A stretch of DNA of 55,202 bases from Sphingomonadales bacterium (GCA_043760195.1 JAYUPJ010000092.1:1-55202); one strand, 5' to 3'; shown: positions 26,617-37,069, counted from the stretch's first letter. A program made the numbers and translations. Notes: generated by a model not told the origin, from the letters alone.

Positions 26617-27819
26617 TTACGCCTCCAACGCAGTCAACAGGCCGCTTTCCTGCGTTTGCTTCAACGCCTGCGCTTGCCCTTCGGCGCGGGCGATATAGCC
26701 TTTGGATTTTTCGACCTCTTGTTCCAGCGCGATGCTGGTCTGTTTCATGCTGTCGAGCGCTTTCAGCTTGAACGTGTCGATGGCATCCATCGTGTCATAG
26801 ATATTCTGGAAGGCGCGGCTTAATGTTTCGAGCGGGATAGTCGCGTTCACCGCTTGCTCATGGATCGTTGCCGTGCTTTCACGCAGCAGGTTTCCGGTAC
26901 TATCAATGATATTCGCGGTGGTGGTATTGAGCGCGCTAATCTGGTTCAGCACCAGCCGCTGGTTGGTCATCGCCTGCGCCACCGTAACCGCCGTACGCAG
27001 CGCGCCGACGGTGGTGGTCGATGCGCGGTCAACGCCCTTGACCAGTTCGACATTGTTCTTTTTCACCAGATCAAGCGCGAGATATCCCTGCACCGTCACC
27101 GCCATTTGGGTCAGCAAATCCTGCGTTCGCTGGCGCACATAAAACAGCGCGCTTTCCTTAATCGCTTTGGATTTGGCGGGATCGGACAGTTCCAGCTCGG
27201 CGGCTTTTTCTTCCAGCTTTGCATCCAGTTGCTTGGACATCACGATCATCTGTTCCAACCGGCCCATCGCCGCCCACAAATTCTGCCGCTCAACATCAAT
27301 CGCCGCATTGTCCATCAGCAATTCGTCTTTGCCATTGGCCAGACGCCCCAATATCGAACTGATATGCGTTTGCGAACTTTGATAGCCATCGAAATAATTG
27401 CGCAGCTTGCTGCCCCACGGGATGATGCCGAACAGTTTCTCTTTCGTCATCAAATTGCCCTTTTTGGAGGGGTCAAGATCCTCCACGGTGCGGCGCAATT
27501 CGGCCAAGTCCGCGCCGACGCCAGTGCCTTCGTCCATGCGGCGGATCGGGCGGTCAAGGAAACGGTTTGATTGCCCCGCCGCCTCCATTATCTCTTTACG
27601 GCCCATATTGGTCAGTTGGTCGACGCGCTTACCGAATTCGGGACTGTTGACGTCCTGCGCGATTAGGTCGCTAATATACGCCTCAACCCGTTCCTCTAAT
27701 TTGGTCTTTTGATCATCGCTTACCGGCACCAGCCCAGCCGCACGTTCGGCAGTTACGACCGGCACCGGATCGGGCGGTGTCAACTTCAGGTCAGTTGTGG
27801 TTGTTGTTTGCGTCGACAT
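26617..27819 (-). CDS. telA: Toxic anion resistance protein (TelA/KlaA family)
   Basis: ELRRTVEDLDP, KLFGIIP, GKDELLMDN, coiled-coil C-terminus. Confidence 0.85.
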   Translation of the reverse strand: MSTQTTTTTDLKLTPPDPVPVVTAERAAGLVPVSDDQKTKLEERVEAYISDLIAQDVNSPEFGKRVDQLTNMGRKEIMEAAGQSNRFLDRPIRRMDEGTGVGADLAELRRTVEDLDPSKKGNLMTKEKLFGIIPWGSKLRNYFDGYQSSQTHISSILGRLANGKDELLMDNAAIDVERQNLWAAMGRLEQMIVMSKQLDAKLEEKAAELELSDPAKSKAIKESALFYVRQRTQDLLTQMAVTVQGYLALDLVKKNNVELVKGVDRASTTTVGALRTAVTVAQAMTNQRLVLNQISALNTTTANIIDSTGNLLRESTATIHEQAVNATIPLETLSRAFQNIYDTMDAIDTFKLKALDSMKQTSIALEQEVEKSKGYIARAEGQAQALKQTQESGLLTALEA

Positions 27820-27969
27820 CTATAACTTCCCTCTTAATCAATATCCATCGAACATGGCTTTACTGGATTGGCATTACAAGCCTTTGACTGTATTATTTTG
27901 ATAGGACAGCTTATGGGTGTAATGCAATAATTTATCTGCTCTCCGGCCGGCTCCCAGCAACACAGAATT

Positions 27970-28680
27970 TTATTTCGCATCGCGCAAGGCGGTTTCGACC
28001 AATGGCGCGATCCCGCCGACCACCCGCGCAACGCCGTCTTTGTTGGGATGGATGCCATCGGGCAGCATCAAATTCGCATCGGTCACAACCCCATCAAGAA
28101 AAAACGGATAGAGCGGCGCGCGATATTGCTGCGCCAATTCGGGATAGATCGGGTTGAATGCAGCGGCATAATCCGGGCCCATATTAGGTGACGCGAGCAT
28201 ACCTGTCAGCACTGACGGTATCTTACGGCGGTTAAGTTCATCGAGCATTTCGGTCAGGTTCGCCCGGGTTTCGGCGGGCTTTGTACCGCGCAGCATGTCG
28301 TTCCCGCCCAGCCCCAATATCACCAACACTGGCGGCTGCGGCGCATTATCCAGCACGAAAGCCAGCCGCGCTTTGCCCGCCGAACTGGTATCGCCTGACA
28401 CACCGGCATTCAGCACCGATACCGCCAGCCCCCGCGCCCGCAACGCCGCCTGCAACTGCGGCGCAAAGCCATCCTTTGGACCAAGCCGGTAACCTGCATA
28501 CAGGCTGTCACCAAAGGCGATGACCAGCTTGGTATCTGCCATGTTTTGCGCTGTTGCTGGCGCGCCTGCAGGTACGTCCGGTTTTTGCGCAGAATTTTTT
28601 TGCGTATCGCCGGGGCCGCAACCAACTAACGCTTGGAATATCAGCAACAGAGCACCATATATGCCGAAATATCTGTTCAA
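27970..28680 (-). CDS. tesA: GDSL/SGNH arylesterase / thioesterase lipoprotein
   Basis: FGDSLYAGY, NAGVSGDT, GGND, DGIHPN motifs; divergent from ybbAP as in E. coli. Confidence 0.88.
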   Translation of the reverse strand: MNRYFGIYGALLLIFQALVGCGPGDTQKNSAQKPDVPAGAPATAQNMADTKLVIAFGDSLYAGYRLGPKDGFAPQLQAALRARGLAVSVLNAGVSGDTSSAGKARLAFVLDNAPQPPVLVILGLGGNDMLRGTKPAETRANLTEMLDELNRRKIPSVLTGMLASPNMGPDYAAAFNPIYPELAQQYRAPLYPFFLDGVVTDANLMLPDGIHPNKDGVARVVGGIAPLVETALRDAK

Positions 28681-28734
28681 AAAGGCTCTCCCTTGCTCTC
28701 GTCCAATATCGCCGCCGACGCCGCATCTGTGGAT

Positions 28735-29400
28735 ATGGCAATCCGCGCATCAAATGTCACGCTTAGCTTAGGGGCCGCCGCTGCGCCGGTGCACATATTG
28801 CGCGGCGTGAACCTCGAAATACCTTACGGTGCCAGTGTCGCATTGCTGGGTCCGTCGGGTTCCGGCAAAAGCTCGTTGATGGCGGTGCTGGCCGGGTTGG
28901 AACGCGCCAGCAGCGGATCGGTGCATGTCGGCGGAGTTGATTTCACCAATCTGGACGAGGATGGTTTGGCACGGGCGCGGCGCGGGCGTATCGGCATTGT
29001 TTTGCAGGCGTTCCATTTGCTGCCGACGATGACCGCGCTGGAAAATGTCGCGATCCCGCTGGAACTGGCCGGGCATCCCGATCCGTTTGACAAGGCGGAG
29101 CAGGAATTGGGCTTTGTCGGACTGGGCCACCGCACCGGGCATTATCCATCGCAGCTTTCGGGCGGCGAGCAGCAACGTGTAGCCATCGCCCGGGCCATGG
29201 CCGCCGACCCCAAGATCATCTTTGCCGATGAACCGACAGGCAATCTGGATGGTGCCACCGGGCACAGCATCATCGACCTGTTGTTTCACCGCCACGCGAA
29301 ATCGGATGCCACATTGTTGATCATCACGCATGACCCCGAACTGGCGCAACGATGCGAGCGCGTGATTGCAATGCAGGATGGTTTGGTTGTGGACGTATGA
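28735..29400 (+). CDS. ABC transporter ATP-binding protein (YbbA-like)
   Basis: [25 protein letters not shown] motifs; start may be TTG 28693. Confidence 0.92.
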   Translation: MAIRASNVTLSLGAAAAPVHILRGVNLEIPYGASVALLGPSGSGKSSLMAVLAGLERASSGSVHVGGVDFTNLDEDGLARARRGRIGIVLQAFHLLPTMTALENVAIPLELAGHPDPFDKAEQELGFVGLGHRTGHYPSQLSGGEQQRVAIARAMAADPKIIFADEPTGNLDGATGHSIIDLLFHRHAKSDATLLIITHDPELAQRCERVIAMQDGLVVDV

Positions 29401-29413
29401 CATTCAAACACAT

Positions 29414-29490
29414 CGTCATTGCGAGCGAAGCGAAGCAATCCAGAGCAGCGCAAGGACGCCCTGGATTGCTTCGCTTCGCTCGCAATGACG
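29414..29490. repeat. CGTC-type REP/palindromic element
   Basis: Perfect 30-bp arms CGTCATTGCGAGCGAAGCGAAGCAATCCAG / CTGGATTGCTTCGCTTCGCTCGCAATGACG with a 17-nt loop. Confidence 0.9.
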
Positions 29491-29515
29491 GCAATTTAGA
29501 ATATAGGATGGTCGC

Positions 29516-32023
29516 ATGACCCTCCCCCTATCCACACTTTGGCAGATCGCCCGGCGTGATCTCAACTCGCGCATACGGGGCCTGCGCTTACTCGCCATCT
29601 GCCTGTTCCTTGGCGTCGCAACATTGGCCGCTATCGGAAGTTTAACGTCGGGAATCGCAACCGAACTGTCCAATCGCGGCCAGACCATATTAGGCGGCGA
29701 CATCCAGATCGAAATCGCCCAGCGCGCCGCCACCTCCGCCGAAGTTGCCGCGTTCAAATTGGCCGGTGCGCTGTCGGAAACCATCCGCATGCGGGCCATG
29801 GCCATCGGCGGCAAAGACGATGACAGCCTGCTCGCCGAACTGAAAGCTGTCGACGCCGCGTACCCGTTTTATGGACAATTTACCTTGGCCGACGGCAGCA
29901 TTACAAAGGCACCGCCGCCCGGACAAATCCTGATTGCACCGACACTGGCCAACCGGTTGGGTATTGGCGTTGGTGATCCAATTCGTTTTGGCAATGCACG
30001 GTTCAAAGTTGCCGGGATCATCGGCGAAGAACCCGACCGGTTGGGCGAAGGTTTTACCCTTGGCCCCGTTGCCATCATTGGCATGGACGCCATTGGCAGC
30101 ACTGGCCTGATCCAGCCGGGCAGCCTGTATAATGCCAAATACCGGATCAAATTGCCCGCCAATATACCGCCAGCTAACGCCGCAAAGGATATCGAAAAGC
30201 AGTTTCCCTCAGCCGGACTGGAGTTAACCGACCGTTCCAATGGCGCGCCCGGCACAAGGCGCTTTGTTGAGCGCATGGGGCAATTTTTGACGCTCGTCGG
30301 CCTTGCTGCGTTGGTGATTGCTGGGATTGGCGTTGGCAACGGCGTCGGCAGTTATCTGGACAGCAAACACGCCAGCATCGCGACCTTAAAAGTCATTGGC
30401 GCAGATAGCAGCAGCATTTTTCGCATCTATATGTTGCAGATTTTCGCCGTTGCCGCGCTCGCTATCTTCGCAGGGTTAGTGGTGGGTAGCATCCTGCCGC
30501 TGGCCATTGGCGTGGTTGCGGGCGACATCTTGCCGGTTCCACCGGGATTTGCGCTCTACCCCGCGCCGTTGATCGCCAGCGCCGTTTATGGCCTGTTGAT
30601 CGCGTTGGCCTTTGCTTTACCGCCCTTATCGCGCGCCCGGTTCGTGCCCGCCGCCGGATTGTTCCGTGCCATTGTGGAAAGCGGCAAACGCTTTGACCGG
30701 CGCACGTTGGTGCTTGTTGCCTCCGCCATCGCTGCTATCATCGCACTGGCCATCGGCACCGCGCGCGAACCTTTATTTTCCGCAGGTTTCATCGCCGCCG
30801 CCTTTGCCCTGCTGCTGATCCTGACCTTTATGGCCAAGGCGATCCGGTGGACGGCGATGCGCTTGCCCCGGCCAAAAGCGCCATTGCTGCGATTGGCAAT
30901 TGGCAATCTCTATCGCCCCGGCGCGCAGACGCAGGCGTTGGTGGTTGCGTTGGGTCTGGGGCTGACTTTGTTTGTTACGCTGGCCGTTATCCAAACCAGC
31001 ATCAACAATGAAATCGCACGCAGCGTACCCGAACGTGCCCCCAGTTTCTTCGTGCTAGACGTTCCGCGTGATGATGCCGTCCGGTTCCGGCAAATGGTTC
31101 GCGGTGCTGCGCCGGATGCGGTCATCAACATGATCCCCGCGCTTCGTGGCCGCGTCATTGCCTATAAAGGGCAGCGCGTAGACGAGATGGAGACCTTGCC
31201 CGAAGGCGCATGGATCTTGAACGGTGATCGCGGCCTTACCTACAGCGCCGATTTACCGAACGGCAGCACGCTGACCGCCGGAAAATGGTGGGCAAAGGAT
31301 TACAAGGGACCGGCCTTGGTCAGCATGGAGCAGGAGGTCGCCGCATCATTGGGCGTGGGCGTCGGCGATGACATCACCATCAGCCTGCTGGGCGTCGAAG
31401 TGTCGGCCAAGATCGCGTCGTTACGCACGGTCGAATGGGACAATTTCGGCCTGAATTATGTTCTGGTATTCTCGCCCGGATCGTTGGACGCTGCGCCGCA
31501 TAATATGGTGGCGACGCTAACTGTGTCTAAGGCTGCGGAGGCAAAGCTGGCCAAATCCCTGCCGCTGGCGTTCCCGTCTGCATCGCTGATCGAGGTGGGT
31601 GAAGTGGTCACGCAGGTCACTGCATTGCTCGAACAAATGGCGCAAGCAATCGCCGCCGCCGCTTCCATCGCCATCTTTGCCGGGATCGCGGTGCTGGTCG
31701 GTGCAATTGCCGCCAGCCGGGCCAGCCGAATGTACGACAGCGTTATATTGAAGTTATTGGGATCAACTCGGTCACAGATTTTGGGCGCGCAGGCGATGGA
31801 ATATGGGTTGCTCGCAATATTGCTGGGGCTGTTGTCGCTCGCGCTCGGCATGGGCAGCGGATATTATGTCATTACCCAGATTTTCGATTTCAAATTCGCG
31901 CCGGATTATGGCGTGTTGGCGGTGACGTTATTGGGCGGCGCTGGAATTACGTTCGTACTGGGTCTGGCCGGATCGCTGCCGATACTGGCCGCCCGCCCGG
32001 CAGAGGCGCTGAGGAGTTTGTGA
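29516..32023 (+). CDS. ABC transporter permease (YbbP/FtsX-like)
   Basis: 835 aa with two FtsX-type halves; ELKAVD..YPFYG and IATLKVIGA motifs. Confidence 0.9.
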   Translation: MTLPLSTLWQIARRDLNSRIRGLRLLAICLFLGVATLAAIGSLTSGIATELSNRGQTILGGDIQIEIAQRAATSAEVAAFKLAGALSETIRMRAMAIGGKDDDSLLAELKAVDAAYPFYGQFTLADGSITKAPPPGQILIAPTLANRLGIGVGDPIRFGNARFKVAGIIGEEPDRLGEGFTLGPVAIIGMDAIGSTGLIQPGSLYNAKYRIKLPANIPPANAAKDIEKQFPSAGLELTDRSNGAPGTRRFVERMGQFLTLVGLAALVIAGIGVGNGVGSYLDSKHASIATLKVIGADSSSIFRIYMLQIFAVAALAIFAGLVVGSILPLAIGVVAGDILPVPPGFALYPAPLIASAVYGLLIALAFALPPLSRARFVPAAGLFRAIVESGKRFDRRTLVLVASAIAAIIALAIGTAREPLFSAGFIAAAFALLLILTFMAKAIRWTAMRLPRPKAPLLRLAIGNLYRPGAQTQALVVALGLGLTLFVTLAVIQTSINNEIARSVPERAPSFFVLDVPRDDAVRFRQMVRGAAPDAVINMIPALRGRVIAYKGQRVDEMETLPEGAWILNGDRGLTYSADLPNGSTLTAGKWWAKDYKGPALVSMEQEVAASLGVGVGDDITISLLGVEVSAKIASLRTVEWDNFGLNYVLVFSPGSLDAAPHNMVATLTVSKAAEAKLAKSLPLAFPSASLIEVGEVVTQVTALLEQMAQAIAAAASIAIFAGIAVLVGAIAASRASRMYDSVILKLLGSTRSQILGAQAMEYGLLAILLGLLSLALGMGSGYYVITQIFDFKFAPDYGVLAVTLLGGAGITFVLGLAGSLPILAARPAEALRSL

Positions 32024-32034
32024 TTTGTTTGCTC

Positions 32035-32123
32035 CGTCAACCTTAATTCATTTCAGGGTCCATCGTGCAGCGAAGTGCCGACCTATCCTGAGAAATGGAT
32101 CCTGAAACAAGTTCAGGATGACG
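32035..32123. repeat. CGTC-type REP element with a degenerate left arm, overlapping a gene end
   Basis: CGTCAACCTTAATTCATTTCAGGGTCCAT ... ATGGATCCTGAAACAAGTTCAGGATGACG. Confidence 0.8.
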
Positions 32124-33087
32124 TTGGGAGAAAACTTCCCCTTGCCATCCGGCCCGCCAACGGTGCGCTCAAAATCAACTGCGCGATGTGGTACAAAATC
32201 GCGGGCAGGATAATCAGCCCGGCCTGATTGCCAAATAACAGCGCCGCCATCGGTGCGCCGGTGGCAATGCTCTTATGCGCACCGGCAAAAATCAGGCTGA
32301 TCCGGTCCGGCCGCGCCAGTCCTAACATCCCGCCTACCAGCATCGCGCACCCAAATGCGAATGCCAAAAGCATCGCCAGCGTGAGAACAAGCGCAGTCAA
32401 CACCATGCCATCCAAATCAGCCAGCGCCCCCGATGCAACCGCGCCGGCAAACGAGATATACACCGCCAGCAATATCACCGCCCGGTCAAACAGTGACAGC
32501 AACGCCTTTTTCCCCGCCGCCCAGTCCCCCAACCAATATTGCGCCGCTTGCCCCAAAGCGAACGGCAGCAGCAGCATCGTTGCGATCTTGATTACCACGT
32601 TTGAATCCATCGCCGCCCCGCTGGCCCCGCCAATCAACAAAGCAGCAAGCAACGGCGTCAATATTATCCCGGCCAGATTGGAAAGCGCCGCGCCAACCAC
32701 CGACGCAGCTACGTTTCCGCCGCCTATCGACGCATAGCTGATCGCCGACTGTACCGTTGATGGCAGCACCGCCAGAAATATAATCCCGGCAGCAAGCGGG
32801 CCAGGCAAAGCCAGTGCGGCCAGCTTGGCCAATAGCCATCCCGCCAGCGGCATCATTACAAAACAAACCGCCAGCATCGCGCCTTGTACCCGAAAACTGC
32901 GTGTCGCCTTTGCCACTTCGGCGCGCGGCAAGCGCAATCCATGCAGAAAGAACAGCAGGAATATACAGGCAAAAATTATGCTCTGTGCTGCATCCAATGC
33001 CGCCCCGCGAACAGGCAACACCCACGCCAATGCCAACGCGAGTAGCAGCATCAAAATAAAGCGGTCGGGTATCAAGCGCAGCAGCAT
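32113..33087 (-). CDS. Bile acid:sodium symporter family protein (YfeH-like)
   Basis: LFFLHGLRL, LPSTVQSAI, GGNVA, HKSIATGAPMA motifs; start ATG 33087. Confidence 0.88.
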   Translation of the reverse strand: MLLRLIPDRFILMLLLALALAWVLPVRGAALDAAQSIIFACIFLLFFLHGLRLPRAEVAKATRSFRVQGAMLAVCFVMMPLAGWLLAKLAALALPGPLAAGIIFLAVLPSTVQSAISYASIGGGNVAASVVGAALSNLAGIILTPLLAALLIGGASGAAMDSNVVIKIATMLLLPFALGQAAQYWLGDWAAGKKALLSLFDRAVILLAVYISFAGAVASGALADLDGMVLTALVLTLAMLLAFAFGCAMLVGGMLGLARPDRISLIFAGAHKSIATGAPMAALLFGNQAGLIILPAILYHIAQLILSAPLAGRMARGSFLPTSS

Positions 33088-33213
33088 ATTGGTCCAAATT
33101 TTTGAATGACGCGAAACGGTTCGCGCCTTTCTTTCATCATATCGCCATGCCTTACAACCCCGATGCAAATATGGTATTGTTCAATCATTGAAATTTGGCA
33201 AAGGATCGAGTCG

Positions 33214-34167
33214 ATGTTTCTCCGTTTAAAATTAGGTTTGAAGCCGCGCGTTTTGGCATTGACGGCTGGCGCGATATTTTTGACATTATCTCCGGTTTTT
33301 GCGGCAGGTGGCGGCGGCGGAGGAGGCGGGGGCGGAGGAGCGCCCAGCCAGTCGACACCGCAATATGATCCCGCAGTCGAATATCAAAAAGGGACGACGG
33401 CATTTCGTGCGAACCAATTCGCCGAAGCAGCAAAGGCGTTCAAGCGCGTGGTTGATGCTATTCCCAAAAATCCGCAGGCCAATTATCTGCTCGGCGCAAG
33501 TTACATGGCGCAAGGTCAATTCAAAAAAGCGAAAAAGCCTTTTGAATCAGCGGTAAAATATGACGGAAAAATGATCGAGGCACGACGCGATTTGGCAATC
33601 ACCTATGCGAAATTGGGTGATGCAGCCAAGGCGGGCGCACAACTTTCTGCGTTGAAAGCGGCAGCGGCGACATGCGGCACGGCGTGTACCGATGCAGCAA
33701 AGATCACCGATGCGGTCGCCAAAGTGGACGCTGCCATGCAAAGCGGCAAAGCGGCGCTGGCTCCGGTTGTGCCGGATATCCGGTTGGCGGGTGCGAAATC
33801 TGCTGATGCAGTGTATGTGTCGGCAGTCAGCTTGATCAACGAAAAACGATATGAAGAGGCAATTGTTCAGCTTGATAGCGCATTATGGACGGCGGGACCG
33901 CATCCCGATATTTTGACTTATCTAGGATTTGCCAACCGCAAGCTGCACAAATATGACGCGGCTGAAAGCTATTATCAGGCAGCGTTGCAGGTCGCCCCCG
34001 CACATCTCGGCGCGTTGGAATATTACGGCGAGTTAAAACTGGAGCGGGGCAATGTTGCCGGTGCCAAATTGCATCTTGCGAAATTGGAAACATTGTGCAG
34101 CTTTGGGTGTTACGAAGCCGATGAGCTGCGCCGCTGGATCACGGAGAAAGTGCCATCCGCAAGCTGA
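33214..34167 (+). CDS. Secreted TPR-repeat protein
   Basis: Signal peptide ending VFA, poly-Gly linker, two TPR blocks each followed by CxxxC. Confidence 0.85.
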   Translation: MFLRLKLGLKPRVLALTAGAIFLTLSPVFAAGGGGGGGGGGGAPSQSTPQYDPAVEYQKGTTAFRANQFAEAAKAFKRVVDAIPKNPQANYLLGASYMAQGQFKKAKKPFESAVKYDGKMIEARRDLAITYAKLGDAAKAGAQLSALKAAAATCGTACTDAAKITDAVAKVDAAMQSGKAALAPVVPDIRLAGAKSADAVYVSAVSLINEKRYEEAIVQLDSALWTAGPHPDILTYLGFANRKLHKYDAAESYYQAALQVAPAHLGALEYYGELKLERGNVAGAKLHLAKLETLCSFGCYEADELRRWITEKVPSAS

Positions 34168-34228
34168 TCTGCGCGCCGTTATCTGGCGCAGACATCCGCA
34201 AGCTGATCTACGCGGTGTTATTTGGTGC
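34154..34228. repeat. Imperfect duplication with 39-bp period at a gene junction
   Basis: CATCCGCAAGCTGATCTGCGCGCCGTTATCTGGCGC vs CATCCGCAAGCTGATCTACGCGGTGTTATTTGGTGC. Confidence 0.75.
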
Positions 34229-35120
34229 CATCGGCGCGGCGGCGGTTATCGCTGCGCCCGCCCAGTTGATCGAATCCTTGCGTTGGACCGCGCCGGGTCA
34301 AGAAATTGCCGCGCTGTCCAAGCGGCCATCCACCTGCCTGTCCTTTAAACCGGACGAACAAGCCGATGTCCGCGCCGGTTTGGCGTTGTTCAATTCGCCT
34401 GCGCTGCTCGGCGGTCAAGCGGCCAAGGCAGGGCTAAGTTGTGCCAGTTGCCATGCCAACGGGCGCGGCAATCCCCATTTCCTGTTGCCTAGCCTGTCTG
34501 ACAAAGCAGGTACGGCGGATGTAACCAACAGCTTCTTTGGTCCGGCGCGCGGCAACGGGGTCAACGATCCTGTGCCAATCCCGGATCTGGCGATGCCCGG
34601 CAAAATCTCAAGGCAACAGGCGGACCCGGCGCTGATACACTTTACCCGAAATCTCATTGTCGATGAATTTTCAGGCAAGCAACCCAGTGCAGCGATGCTG
34701 AATTCGCTCGCCGCTTATATGCGCGCAATTCAAAGTTGTGCAGGTGGCAAAGGCGTGAACCAAGATCGCGGGCTTGAAGATCAATTGGCGATCATCGACG
34801 CCGCTTTGGATGGCGCGAATATGATGCACCGGATCGGAGATCATGCAGCCGCAAGCGTGTTGATCAGCGGTGCGCGCCATCAACTGGGCCTAATACACGA
34901 ACGTTATGCCGCCGCGCGGTTTAAACAAGAACGCTTGCTGCTCCTAAATGCGTCAAAGCGGCTGCAGGCGATTGCGAATGTTTCTGACCAGCGCAAGCTG
35001 CCGAAACTGCTGCAAATTTGGCGGCAAGATTTTGACCGCAAGCTCACCCGCCGCCTGAAAGCGGGCGAAACGCAATCACTTTATGATGGAAAACAAATCG
35101 CTGCAGCATTCAGCCATTAG
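34215..35120 (+). CDS. Putative c-type cytochrome with a single CxxCH, resembling the N-terminal domain of cytochrome c peroxidase/MauG
   Basis: GLALFNSPALLGG...LSCASCH; hydrophobic N-terminus; start uncertain. Confidence 0.7.
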   Translation: MLFGAIGAAAVIAAPAQLIESLRWTAPGQEIAALSKRPSTCLSFKPDEQADVRAGLALFNSPALLGGQAAKAGLSCASCHANGRGNPHFLLPSLSDKAGTADVTNSFFGPARGNGVNDPVPIPDLAMPGKISRQQADPALIHFTRNLIVDEFSGKQPSAAMLNSLAAYMRAIQSCAGGKGVNQDRGLEDQLAIIDAALDGANMMHRIGDHAAASVLISGARHQLGLIHERYAAARFKQERLLLLNASKRLQAIANVSDQRKLPKLLQIWRQDFDRKLTRRLKAGETQSLYDGKQIAAAFSH

Positions 35121-35230
35121 GAAACGCAAGCGTTTGATTGTTGCGCCGCAACACAATTTGGGTTAGAGGCGCGCGAGAATCTGGTGGCAATTGGCTACCA
35201 AAACCTAGCTCCCATAAGGCTTATATAGAA

Positions 35231-37051
35231 ATGTCCCTGCGCAATATCGCTATCATCGCCCACGTCGATCATGGCAAAACCACCCTTGTTGATCAGCTTT
35301 TCCGTCAATCCGGCACCTTCCGCGATAATCAGCGCGTTGAAGAGCGGGCGATGGACTCGAACGATCTGGAAAAAGAACGCGGCATCACGATTCTGGCAAA
35401 ATGCACCAGCGTTGAGTGGGAAGGCAACCGTATCAACATCGTCGACACGCCCGGACACGCCGATTTCGGCGGCGAAGTGGAGCGCATATTGTCGATGGTT
35501 GACGGCGTTATCCTGCTCGTTGACGCATCCGAAGGCGCGATGCCGCAAACCAAATTCGTGACCGGTAAAGCGTTGGCGCTCGGCCTGCGCCCCATCGTTG
35601 TGGTCAACAAGGTCGACCGCCAGGATGAGCGTATCCAAGAAGTGTTGGACGAAGTGTTCGACTTGTTCGTATCGCTTGACGCCACCGATGAACAGCTTGA
35701 TTTTCCTGTGCTTTACGCTTCGGGCCGCAATGGTTATGCGTCGATCGATCCGTCGCTGCGTGAGGGCACGTTGACACCGATGTTCGAAACCATTGTCGCC
35801 CACGTCCCCGCGCCAAAGGCCGACGTCGATGGTGAGTTCAAAATGCTCGTCACTCTGTTGGACCGGGATAACTTTCTTGGCCGCATATTAACCGGCCTTG
35901 TGCTGTCTGGCACCGTAAAGCTGAACCAGCAAATCCATGCGCTCAGCCCGGAAGGCAAGATTGTCGAAACCGGCCGCGCCTCAAAAATCATGTCGTTTCG
36001 CGGTCTTGAACGCGTTCCAGTGGAAGAAGCCAAAGCAGGCGATATTATATCCATCGCGGGCATGACCACAGCAACCGTGGCCGATACCATCGCCGAACCA
36101 AGCGTAACCGAACCATTGCACGCGCAGCCCATCGATCCGCCAACGCTTTCAATGCGTTTTTCGGTAAACGATAGCCCGATGGCGGGCCGCGAAGGCACCA
36201 AAGTCACCAGCCGCATGATCCGCGACCGTTTGATGCGCGAAGCCGAAAGCAACGTCGCTGTCCGCATTACTGAATCTGCCGACAAGGACAGCTTTGAAGT
36301 TGCCGGCCGGGGTGAATTGCAATTGGGCGTGCTGATCGAAACCATGCGCCGCGAAGGATTTGAACTCGGCATTTCGCGTCCCCGCGTGTTGTTTAATGAA
36401 GACGAAAACGGCAAACCAACCGAGCCTTATGAAACCGTCGTCATCGACGTTGATGATGAATATTCGGGCACTGTTGTTGAGAAAATGGCGATCCGCAAAG
36501 GCGAGATGACCGACATGCGGCCATCGGGCGGTGGCAAAACCCGGATCACATTCAGCGCGCCATCACGCGGCTTGATCGGCTATCATGGCGAGTTCCTGTC
36601 CGACACACGCGGCACCGGCATCATGAACCGCCTGTTTGAAAAATACGGCCCGCATCGCGGCACAATCGATGGCCGCAAAAACGGCGTTCTGATCTCGAAC
36701 GGCAGCGGCGAAGCCGTGGCTTATGCGCTCGGCCCATTGGAAGAACGCGGTATATTGATGGTTAGCCCGGGCGAAGCATTGTACGAAGGCATGATTATCG
36801 GCGAAAATGCGAAGCCCGACGATCTGGAAGTCAACCCGATGAAGAGCAAGCAGCTCACCAACTTCCGTTCCACCGGCAAAGACGACGCCATCCGCCTGAC
36901 CCCGCCATGGCGGATGACGCTGGAACAAGCGATCGCCTATGTTGACAATGACGAAATGGTCGAAGTGACACCAAAGAACATCCGCCTGCGCAAACGGTTC
37001 CTTGATCCCAACGAGCGTAAGAAACAGTCGCGGGCGAAAGCGGCGGCTTAA
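35231..37051 (+). CDS. typA: Translational GTPase TypA/BipA
   Basis: [39 protein letters not shown] motifs; start ATG 35231. Confidence 0.97.
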   Translation: MSLRNIAIIAHVDHGKTTLVDQLFRQSGTFRDNQRVEERAMDSNDLEKERGITILAKCTSVEWEGNRINIVDTPGHADFGGEVERILSMVDGVILLVDASEGAMPQTKFVTGKALALGLRPIVVVNKVDRQDERIQEVLDEVFDLFVSLDATDEQLDFPVLYASGRNGYASIDPSLREGTLTPMFETIVAHVPAPKADVDGEFKMLVTLLDRDNFLGRILTGLVLSGTVKLNQQIHALSPEGKIVETGRASKIMSFRGLERVPVEEAKAGDIISIAGMTTATVADTIAEPSVTEPLHAQPIDPPTLSMRFSVNDSPMAGREGTKVTSRMIRDRLMREAESNVAVRITESADKDSFEVAGRGELQLGVLIETMRREGFELGISRPRVLFNEDENGKPTEPYETVVIDVDDEYSGTVVEKMAIRKGEMTDMRPSGGGKTRITFSAPSRGLIGYHGEFLSDTRGTGIMNRLFEKYGPHRGTIDGRKNGVLISNGSGEAVAYALGPLEERGILMVSPGEALYEGMIIGENAKPDDLEVNPMKSKQLTNFRSTGKDDAIRLTPPWRMTLEQAIAYVDNDEMVEVTPKNIRLRKRFLDPNERKKQSRAKAAA

Positions 37052-37069
37052 GCGAAAATATCTGCAGAC

